Positions 1-7,647 of a DNA stretch of 16,089 nt are shown one piece after another. This DNA comes from Pseudomonadota bacterium. Lineage in GTDB: Bacteria > Bdellovibrionota_B > Oligoflexia > Oligoflexales > CAIMVM01. The notes below the pieces were generated by a model. The model did not search any database. It had not been told where the DNA came from and was given only the letters and a program-made list of their open reading frames with translations. A program made the translations under genes and the position numbers. The stretch's first letter is position 1, and each line of letters opens with the position of its first letter. The stretch covers positions 1-16,089 of the forward strand of contig JBAXBA010000083.1 of assembly GCA_037142195.1 (NCBI GenBank), read 5' to 3'.

Positions 1-867
1 TTTTCCCTCGACCGCGGCTATTTTAGTCGAACGAATTTGCTTGAAATGCTTGAAAACAAAATCGGTTTCACCATTGGCGTGCCTACAACGCAGACTCAAG
101 CAACGAACTTGATCCTCGCCCACAAAGCTCTATTAGAATCCACAGAAAGTTCCTTTCTATGTAACGGCAAGCGAATGCGGCACACTACCTGTGAATATCA
201 AATCACAAATCAAGACAAGAGTCTGACGAAACTATCTGGTCACCTTTTTTTAGATCTTGAACGAAGAGAAAGTATAACGGGAAGAATGGAAACTACGATT
301 CTAGAATTGGACAAACTAGGAAGAAATCAAGAGTTCAAAACCAGACTAGAAGCCGAGGCATGGATTACAGAAAAAGCAGCAAAGTTAGCCCATTATTTTA
401 AAATTATGGGAAATGAAAATAAGTGGAGAATCTCAAGAGATACGGAGGCCATCACACAAGCCATTTCAACTGCCGGAGTTGCATTGATTCTTAGCAGCAA
501 GAACTCACTAAAGGCCGAGGAAGTACTTGATGACTACCGCTGTAGAGATATAGCCGAGAAGGTTTTTGACACTGTAAAAAATGGAATTGGCCTACATAGG
601 CTAAGAACATCAAGCTCAAATCAAGCTAACGGTAGACTATTTTTGGCCTTCATTGCAGTTATCCTAAGAGCACTCATTGAATCTAAACTTAAAAAAAGCA
701 ACCTACTATCAAAATACTCCGTAGATGAATCACTCGCGATCCTCAAGAAAATCAAACAGATAAAGCTCTTAGATGGAACCGTGGTGAATCTAGAAATCCC
801 AAAAAAAGCACGCATAATTCAAGAGGCCATAGAATCCAAAGCGCCTAAAGTTGAAGCTCCCAAATAG
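1..867 (+). CDS. IS1634-family (IS4-like) DDE transposase, 5'-truncated by the window edge
   Basis: Frame is open from base 1 (FSLDRGYFSRTNL...), showing the DRGY(F)S second-Asp motif. It also has YRCRDIAEKVFDTVKN (Y-x2-R-x3-E signature), followed by LR...GRLFLAFIAVIL, typical of IS1634 transposases. The real start lies upstream of the window. Confidence 0.85.
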   Translation, partial: FSLDRGYFSRTNLLEMLENKIGFTIGVPTTQTQATNLILAHKALLESTESSFLCNGKRMRHTTCEYQITNQDKSLTKLSGHLFLDLERRESITGRMETTILELDKLGRNQEFKTRLEAEAWITEKAAKLAHYFKIMGNENKWRISRDTEAITQAISTAGVALILSSKNSLKAEEVLDDYRCRDIAEKVFDTVKNGIGLHRLRTSSSNQANGRLFLAFIAVILRALIESKLKKSNLLSKYSVDESLAILKKIKQIKLLDGTVVNLEIPKKARIIQEAIESKAPKVEAPK

Positions 868-906
868 GCCCCTTATGGTTATGCCATTTTTTATGAAGAT
901 TTTAGG
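1..906 (+). mobile_element. IS1634-like insertion sequence, right part; probable right end at ...GAAGATTTTAGG (906)
   Basis: Transposase stop at 867 is followed by a short tail ending TTTAGG, resembling the CCTAA.../...TTAGG termini I recall for this family. A signal-peptide-like minus-strand ORF start abuts exactly at 907. The left IR is outside the window, so the end cannot be confirmed. Confidence 0.55.
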
Positions 907-951
907 TAAGAACCCGAAAAACATCAAATGAAGTTGCTTTTTAATAGTCAT
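907..951 (-). pseudogene. 5' stub of a gene probably interrupted by the IS (MTIKKQLHLMFFGFL)
   Basis: Strong SD GGAGGT (960-965, minus strand) lies 8 nt before ATG at 951. The 15 codons are basic then hydrophobic and reach the inferred IS end; read-through into the IS stops at 790. Confidence 0.45.
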
Positions 952-1208
952 GTTTGTTGACCTCCATCCAATTAATTACCCCGTAGCTTGGCTCCTTAAT
1001 TTCGCCGTGGAAGACTCTTTATGATTTTGAAGCCCTAGTCAAACCGCATGAACATCTAGCATTCAAAAGTCTAATTAAAAGCCCTAGTTCATTTAAGATT
1101 TTTTTGCGATTCAATCATAAGTATGATTCCTGCGAAGGTTAATTTTCTTGCCGGACTCCACAAGACCCCTATTTTTTGTACTTCTACCATTCCGAGGGGA
1201 TACGCCAC

Positions 1209-2459
1209 TCATTCCTCAAACACAAAGGGGTTCAGGAATTGACGTTTCCAAAGAAGGTTTCTATCAACTGTACTCAACTTGGCTTCATCACATATGTTGG
1301 TCCAATTGGTCTCAATTACTTCACGTTGTCTGTTAAAAATTTCTTTAGCTTTGCTTTCCGAGAGCAAGAACTGAGAACAAGCTTTTAAACAGGAGTGAAG
1401 CTTACTCTGCCTGTTATCACCAGAAATAAGCATAGCCTGCGTGGCTTCATTAACTGCACGATTTTGTGGACAAAGATCGTACGCTGGCGTTAGACAAAGC
1501 GTTTTACCATTCCAAAATGCCGCATGATTGCGCGCGTGATCATCAGTGTTGCCGCACAAAATATTAAAGACAAGCCGAGAAAATAATTCTTTTAAAGTTT
1601 CTTTCGGATCGTCAAAGCGGTGACGAATAATTTCTGCGAGCGTTTCATAGCTGGCATAACGTGCCATCATTTCATCAAGGCCAAACAGAGTGAGCGCCGA
1701 AACCATGGCTTTCCGTTCCCAGCCACCAACAGTTCGTACGCGATCAAATCGTTCAATAAGCAGGATGTCCTTTTTTTTGACCTGTATTAGCTCTACCGGA
1801 GCAACATTTATTCCGGCTTTGGCGGCCAAGCGCATGGCAATAAATTCTGCCTTTACTACGTTATAGAGGTCAGAACTCAACGGAAACTTCGCGACATATT
1901 TCCTTTCTTGATTTTCAATCAGTGCTTTTGGCCTTGCGCCACCAATGGAACTACCATGGAACAGTGCCTGATCTAGCTCTGGTTTTAGTGGCACACCTTG
2001 TTCCACCCGGGACGCAGATTCAAGAAGTTCATCTAACTGGACATACGTCGAAGAACGGGAAGTGTACTCGCTGGATGACCTCTGGAAATCTAGGGCACCT
2101 ATACGATCGGAGCCAGACTCTAGCAAATACGTTATTTCATTTAATTGTGAAGTATCCTCATCTTTTCCTTTGCGTCCAAGTATTTTGTTGATGATCACCC
2201 GTCGACCCCAAGCGTCCGGCGCAGAATCGCGAATGCAGCCTGGTATATTTAGACCCTCAAACAATGGCAAAATTCCTTGTTTGAGTGGCAATTCTGGCTC
2301 GTAAATAGGGATGGCAGAAGGATTCTCACCTATGCGATTCAGGTAACTCTTACCGTAATTGAAATGAATACTACCACGATCGTCAACTTCAAGTTTTCCG
2401 GCAACTACAGGGCTAATTTCTTTAGGGAGCCATATCCAAACATAGGCTTCTCTATCCAT
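1209..2459 (-). CDS. hipA: HipA-family serine/threonine kinase toxin (type II TA)
   Basis: N-terminal HipA coupling domain (EAYVWIWLP...PVVAGKL...FNYGKSYL; DSAPDAWGR), SSIGGARPKA P-loop, AKFP, LIERFDR, GNTDDHARNH catalytic loop and LTPAYD. Start is ATG 2459 or ATG 2477 (overlapping the antitoxin end), not the ORF-track 2576. Confidence 0.93.
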   Translation of the reverse strand: MDREAYVWIWLPKEISPVVAGKLEVDDRGSIHFNYGKSYLNRIGENPSAIPIYEPELPLKQGILPLFEGLNIPGCIRDSAPDAWGRRVIINKILGRKGKDEDTSQLNEITYLLESGSDRIGALDFQRSSSEYTSRSSTYVQLDELLESASRVEQGVPLKPELDQALFHGSSIGGARPKALIENQERKYVAKFPLSSDLYNVVKAEFIAMRLAAKAGINVAPVELIQVKKKDILLIERFDRVRTVGGWERKAMVSALTLFGLDEMMARYASYETLAEIIRHRFDDPKETLKELFSRLVFNILCGNTDDHARNHAAFWNGKTLCLTPAYDLCPQNRAVNEATQAMLISGDNRQSKLHSCLKACSQFLLSESKAKEIFNRQREVIETNWTNICDEAKLSTVDRNLLWKRQFLNPFVFEE

Positions 2460-2463
2460 TTTC

Positions 2464-2802
2464 TTAGAAGTCCTCATCGATAGCCTTAGCCTTCTTCCGC
2501 ACCGACTTCGGGAGTAGTGTAAGCTTTTCCTCGGCCTGTCGAATATTTTTACTGAGTGAAGTCGATTCGACGTCAAAAAGTTTGACGCCTACAATACTGG
2601 CTACTTCAATGGTGGCCCCCAATTCGCATCTCGGGTCACCTTTTTCCATTCGCTGTAAAAGACCACGCGAAATTCCAGCACGATCGGCAACTTCTTGAGA
2701 AGTCATTTCAAGCTCTTTTCTGCCTGTGCGAATGAGGAGAGCAAGAAGACGAATCGCTTCTTTACTATGGCGCGAATAGGTGCGAGCCGAAACTTTAGAC
2801 AT
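2464..2802 (-). CDS. XRE-family HTH antitoxin/transcriptional repressor (HipB-like)
   Basis: IRTGRKELEMTSQEVADRAGISRGLLQRMEKGDP is a canonical Cro/C1 HTH. The gene is immediately upstream of and coupled to hipA. Confidence 0.9.
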   Translation of the reverse strand: MSKVSARTYSRHSKEAIRLLALLIRTGRKELEMTSQEVADRAGISRGLLQRMEKGDPRCELGATIEVASIVGVKLFDVESTSLSKNIRQAEEKLTLLPKSVRKKAKAIDEDF

Positions 2803-2813
2803 CGTTTAAACCC

Positions 2814-2948
2814 TTGTTACACAAAAAGACCATATGGCGATCTTATGATCTATATATAACTCAAAGACGATAAGCTTACAAGTCCCAAGCATATGGATTG
2901 AGCTATATATAGATCATTACGCAAGCTCATGGTCTATAAATGCACCAC
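2814..2948. promoter_or_regulatory. hipBA-like promoter/operator array (four related quasi-palindromic sites)
   Basis: ATGATCTATATATAACTCAA (2845-2864) and TTGAGCTATATATAGATCAT (2898-2917) are 19/20 inverted copies. The outer half-sites AGACCAT (2827-2833) and ATGGTCT (2929-2935) share the same dyad axis at 2881. Confidence 0.7.
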
Positions 2949-3077
2949 GAGATTCGGGATAGAGATGCCCCACCATGGCTCGCCTTTTCATTGACTTGGA
3001 AAGGCTTGGGCACGTGGTCTCGAAAGAGACTGTAACATCCTGATGTGGAAGATTGAGTTGGCCGCTCCCTCCTCCAC

Positions 3078-3497
3078 TTAACCAAATGGCATTTGGGAGG
3101 CGCCCTCAGATTCCGACTCCATTTCTGCAGCAGAGGGCGCGATCAGGCATTCATTTTTCAATAGAACTAGATTCGCTAGGACAGGCCTTTCTAACCACGG
3201 AGTAATAGCCAAGAGTTGCTGCGCCCTATTCAAACAAGCCAATGCCTGAAGATTTGGAAGCTCTTTCAATCCCTCCCTTAAAGTCTTTGCTTGCTCCTTT
3301 GCTGCAGGAGTCGACAGAACCTGGCTCGTAGCATCAGAAACGTAGGAAATAGCAGACAACGCTCCCCACAAAGCCAAGCCGCTGACCGTTAGAAAAGTGA
3401 ATGCCCCCAGCGAAACAAATAGAATCGCTCGCTTCCTAAAATTCTGATTGGACTTAGACTTCTTCAATAGTTTTAGATAGTAGTATAAGGGCTTCAT
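3078..3497 (-). CDS. Hypothetical membrane-anchored protein (139 aa)
   Basis: Basic N-terminus, one long hydrophobic segment (AILFVSLGAFTFLTVSGLALWGAL) and a helical C-terminal part with two Cys. ATGA overlap with the upstream gene at 3494-3497. Confidence 0.7.
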   Translation of the reverse strand: MKPLYYYLKLLKKSKSNQNFRKRAILFVSLGAFTFLTVSGLALWGALSAISYVSDATSQVLSTPAAKEQAKTLREGLKELPNLQALACLNRAQQLLAITPWLERPVLANLVLLKNECLIAPSAAEMESESEGASQMPFG

Positions 3498-4627
3498 GCG
3501 CGTTTTCCTATAAAGTTGTCATTATAAAACCTCCCTTTTGTCGCCTCGCGATCGTGGTCAACGATGGCAAGAATAGGCCTACCATTTGGGATTTCCATTT
3601 GCGGAACGACAATCACGTCACCGCCTTGCAGGAGAACCATTTGTGCGAGGTCGTCCAAAATATCGTCATCTTCATGATCAAGATCAAAAGGATGTAGGTC
3701 AATTTTTCCAGTTTTTCTATCTATTTTCCCAAAGATACTTACTTCTTCAGCTATGGCAAGTTTGCTCACTCTGCAATGGGCAACTGCTTTTGCTATTTGA
3801 AAGATATTGGTTCGAGTTCTATATCGATCCTCAGCCGCTCTGAATTCTTCTAAAGACCGCTCAATGGAAGCAAATGACTCGGTCCGCTGAATTTCTCGAA
3901 TACTGGCGCAAATAGAGTCTATTTGGCTTAGTGAGAAAGTCTCAGATATAGGTTCTTTTATAACTCTTTCGTAGAAAAGGATTCCCATCAATCTTTCCAA
4001 AGAAGAGGGATCGCCTGCCAAATATAGATTGGGCCTCGAACTACTAGTTATCTGAAATATACAATTTCTCAGCCAGCTAACCGTTGCCCATTCTGCTACC
4101 TTAGTAAAGTCTAGCTCGCTCTGAGGCGTTTTTATTCTCCCGAAATTCTCTTTGCAACTGGGCTTTTGCAGACTTACGGAATCGACTATTATAAAGGAAG
4201 ATTGACTACCTACAGCGAGGTAGACGGTATCTTTATCGACACCTAAAAGAAGAAACTCTTCATCGGTTTGAAGCCATAGGAGAAGTGGTTTTATATGAAA
4301 GCTAGTAGCAACCTGGCAGGCATGATCCACCCTTATCGGAATACTAAAAGAGCGGAAGAAGTCTTTTTTAAGGAATACGCAAATACTTCCCTCTATATTA
4401 CTTAGGTCGATAGTGTTTCTGTAAAGAAGTTCCAAAGGTTCAAGAAAAGCGATTTGCTCCTCAATATTCATGACAACGGTGAGATATTCATGCGCCCTAT
4501 CAATGCAATCGCGAATTTGTGCTTTAAAGCTTCTGATATCCCCGCGATTTCCAAAATAGGCCGTTAAATGAACTCCTCCAGAGGACTCAATTAGAGGCTT
4601 TAAGTTGGATACTTTTGAAACTAGCAT
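3494..4627 (-). CDS. Bacterial archaeo-eukaryotic release factor homolog (baeRF3-like; Balon-related family)
   Basis: VATSFHIKPLL motif, IFQIAKAVAHCRVSKLAI and the C-terminal DDILDDLAQMVLLQGGDVIVVP...IP...ILAI (eRF1 domain 3/L7Ae-like) match baeRF proteins. No GGQ. SD GGGAGA precedes GTG 4630/ATG 4627. Confidence 0.75.
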   Translation of the reverse strand: MLVSKVSNLKPLIESSGGVHLTAYFGNRGDIRSFKAQIRDCIDRAHEYLTVVMNIEEQIAFLEPLELLYRNTIDLSNIEGSICVFLKKDFFRSFSIPIRVDHACQVATSFHIKPLLLWLQTDEEFLLLGVDKDTVYLAVGSQSSFIIVDSVSLQKPSCKENFGRIKTPQSELDFTKVAEWATVSWLRNCIFQITSSSRPNLYLAGDPSSLERLMGILFYERVIKEPISETFSLSQIDSICASIREIQRTESFASIERSLEEFRAAEDRYRTRTNIFQIAKAVAHCRVSKLAIAEEVSIFGKIDRKTGKIDLHPFDLDHEDDDILDDLAQMVLLQGGDVIVVPQMEIPNGRPILAIVDHDREATKGRFYNDNFIGKRA

Positions 4628-5734
4628 CACGTCTCCCAAGTTTTAATAGCCTGCTCTTTACACTCACAGTTGTATTTTACGGAAAACTTGCAGAAATACT
4701 TAATTGATAAAGAAGTTGATATCTATCGCAAAAACCAATAAATCCAAGAAAGTAAGTTTAAAAATGCTGAAAAACCTCATTTGAAACAAGGCATCTTCCC
4801 AGAATTGATAGCTAAATTCACTCATTTTGACATACCAAATCTATTGGCTATTGAGCCTAGATCCTTGCCACATAGGACAGTTGAAGTTCTCAGAAATTCC
4901 ATGTAGAGCGCCGAGTTCTGCCTCGATCGGCAAGTGCTAAACTAATGTTGATAGAGTGAAAATTTCAGTTATTTTGTAGTAGGCGTAAATCACTTTGATG
5001 ATGATTTTGAAACCTATAGAGATTAGTTCTTTATTCGAATAGGGCCAGTAGTAGCGCATGGGAATGGGAACGTCACTACAAATTGGAGATGGCGGGGCAC
5101 GGGGAGTCGCTCTGATCTACAAGTTGGGTGCAGCCTCCACTTGCCATTTGGTAAAGCAGAGAGGGCTGAAACCTATTTTTTCACTGGAAAAGGCAAGTAA
5201 ATTCTCCTTTTAGAGACTTCTGTAAGCTAGCCCTAGCCGCTATCCCACAATCTTAAAGAATCTCAAACTCTTTCATCACATAGTTTGGTAAAGTTGCTAT
5301 GTTAAGGATGAAGAACTTGCTCCAGCTAAGTTAGCCGGACCCCAAAGATTAGGCACCTGCTGTCATCTAGAAGTCTAGGCCTATGGGCGCCCTATAAGAT
5401 CGCACCACTCTCGACCTAGGCCAAGTCTGCCAGCATCCCATGTGATTCTATGTAGTAGGCACTTTGGGTCTCACTGAGAAAAAAAAACTAAAACCCTCAA
5501 TCAACCTGATCTAGACCGACTTACCTCGCCTTGTTGAGCATCCTTATCGACCATGGAAAGACGGCTTACCTTGAATGCAGCTAGAGCTTGACTTATAGAA
5601 TCTACCAACTAAACTCTTCCCATATTTTCAAAGATTCGTAAATGGCTCCGTTCACCTCAATAGGCGATTTTACTTATTAGGCCACCAAATCCTGAAAAGG
5701 CGTAAGATCTCTATTTGTGGAAAAGAAAGGTTCA

Positions 5735-6490
5735 ATGCTCTACTCAAGTCTTAGAATTCAAAAGTTTCTGTTTATAGTGTCTCTATGTGTATTTTTCAGA
5801 TCAAATTTGGCATCTGCTGAATTTTCCTCCACTTCGAGACCTTCTCATTTTTTAAATTCTCAGACCATCGGCGATGGAATGGAAGTTTCCTACTTGGGGA
5901 ATTTGGTAGTTGCACTCGATAGCAATACAGACATTGGGACTCAAGGACTTTTTTTATTATCGGGTCTTCCTAACCTATATCTCAAACATCGCATGTTTGA
6001 TTTCGAGAATGGATCCACTACCTTTAATACCTATCTTGTTCCATATAGGAAAGGAAACACATGGGGAGGTGGCTTGGGTTTTTACTATTCTGTCACTACC
6101 GGCCTTGAAATCAATCCTTCTTCAACAATCAATATAGGTGTCGGATCCGCCGGGTATTTGGACAAGTCTCTCGTACTTTCAGGCGAAGGTACCGCTTTAA
6201 ATCTTTATCATATAGATTTTTCCTACGACCTTATGATTTCAAATACACTTTCATTTAATTTTGGTACTTTGATTTTTCCATATATCGATGTCAATTTGGA
6301 ATCCGACCTAATAGATGCCAAAATTTCAGGTTTTAATCCGGCACTATCGGAGATCATTCCTTTTTTTGCAACCTTGACTTTTAGCCCGACGGATTCGTCT
6401 TTCCATTTAGAAGGTGGTGTTTGGGGAATTTCTCCTGGCAAGCAATCAGGGCTTAGCCCCTATTTAAGTCTTTATTGGAGATTAAAATGA
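5735..6490 (+). CDS. Hypothetical exported protein, probable outer-membrane beta-barrel
   Basis: Signal peptide ending ...NLASA, Gly/aromatic-rich alternating beta-strand pattern and C-terminal PYLSLYWRLK. ATG 5735 preferred over GTG 5717. Confidence 0.6.
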   Translation: MLYSSLRIQKFLFIVSLCVFFRSNLASAEFSSTSRPSHFLNSQTIGDGMEVSYLGNLVVALDSNTDIGTQGLFLLSGLPNLYLKHRMFDFENGSTTFNTYLVPYRKGNTWGGGLGFYYSVTTGLEINPSSTINIGVGSAGYLDKSLVLSGEGTALNLYHIDFSYDLMISNTLSFNFGTLIFPYIDVNLESDLIDAKISGFNPALSEIIPFFATLTFSPTDSSFHLEGGVWGISPGKQSGLSPYLSLYWRLK

Positions 6491-7647
6491 AATTTTTTTG
6501 GATTGCTATCGCTTTGTGCGCCGCATGTTCTCGCCCCGAAGACAAGCCAGGCCTTGTCAAAGCTAGACTCTTCACATCCACTCCTTCAGGCTACAAGCTG
6601 GAAACGGTATCCTTTAAAACTTTAGAGTCTGCAGACAAACTTTCAAGTCCCCTTCTAGAGGTCAGGGGAAAAGCTGTACTATCCGTTAGCGAAGATATTG
6701 AAGAAAAAGTATCAAGTAGCAATCCGGATAAGTTTTATGCCAGCCGAGGTGGGATCGTTCGAACGGACTATATGATAAAAGATGGGATCGTCTATCCTAA
6801 GACCTATTCAGATATGGCGAATCTTGCCATATTTTACAATTTTGAACTGACATACACCTTTTGGACCGAGAAGCTGGGATTAACTGCCGCAGACTTTGGA
6901 CGCACGACCATCTACAACAATCCCACTATAAAGTTTACCTCAGATAAAATCACCGGCTCCGTAGAGCCTAAATTTAACGCTTCCTTCGTTCAGGGCGTCA
7001 GAGATTTCTGGTTTTTCAAGGAATCTTCAAAAGCTGATATACCGATAAAAATGAATTTAGCAGTCCTTGCCCACGAGTTCACTCACAGTATTTTTGATAT
7101 CTATTTTGCGGAAAAAAACTCCGACTTCTACGCAATTAAAGATAAAGATCAGGACGATGCAAACAGCCAGGCTACCTATGGGACTCCTTATGATAATGAG
7201 TTTTTACTTTCAGCGCTTAATGAGGGCCTAGCTGATTTCTTTTCCTGGCTTGTAACGGGAAGACCCTCAGAGCTGGGGGCTTCCATAGCCTCGATGGCAG
7301 AAACTCGTGTTCCACCAGTTAACTTTAGACTTTCCTCCTATCAAACTCTATGCGGAGATAGTTTCTATTGTCTAGGGTCCCTCTTAAACTCTGCGCTATA
7401 TCAAATTGCCATTTCCCCAGATGGGGTCGAAAAAATACAACTCGGAAAATATGTGCTTTCGGCACTAAAAACTTTCCGCTTGGATTGGGCTGCGGAAAAA
7501 GCTGATATTTCTAATTCCTTCAACATGGATATGGATAAATTTCTAGAAAGAATAGTGGCCGAAGAGACAAATTCAGATAAGAAAGTAAAAATGTGTTCCG
7601 TCTTTAAATCATGGTTTGATTCTATAAAGGATAAAATATGCGATTAG
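6487..7647 (+). CDS. Lipoprotein zinc metallopeptidase, gluzincin type (M4/M36-like)
   Basis: Lipoprotein signal MKFFWIAIALCAAC, FNASF (cf. thermolysin NAFW), VLAHEFTH (HEXXH at 7072-7086) and ALNEGLADFF third-ligand motif (E at 7222). ATGA overlap with the upstream stop. Confidence 0.75.
   Translation: MKFFWIAIALCAACSRPEDKPGLVKARLFTSTPSGYKLETVSFKTLESADKLSSPLLEVRGKAVLSVSEDIEEKVSSSNPDKFYASRGGIVRTDYMIKDGIVYPKTYSDMANLAIFYNFELTYTFWTEKLGLTAADFGRTTIYNNPTIKFTSDKITGSVEPKFNASFVQGVRDFWFFKESSKADIPIKMNLAVLAHEFTHSIFDIYFAEKNSDFYAIKDKDQDDANSQATYGTPYDNEFLLSALNEGLADFFSWLVTGRPSELGASIASMAETRVPPVNFRLSSYQTLCGDSFYCLGSLLNSALYQIAISPDGVEKIQLGKYVLSALKTFRLDWAAEKADISNSFNMDMDKFLERIVAEETNSDKKVKMCSVFKSWFDSIKDKICD

Noticed and set aside
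2478..2576. N-terminal extension of HipA in the ORF track
   Set aside because: It overlaps the antitoxin gene out of frame, and recognisable HipA sequence starts only near 2477/2459.
3005..3050. c-di-GMP-I riboswitch or hammerhead ribozyme around GTCTC-GAAA-GAGAC and CTGATG
   Set aside because: The GGCAAA...GACGCAAAGC context of the riboswitch is missing, and the hammerhead core CUGAUGA...GAAA is not intact.
5084..5500. Full tmRNA or tRNA gene on the minus strand
   Set aside because: Only a short 3'-end-like match is present; there is no complete T-arm, cloverleaf or matching 5' acceptor strand.
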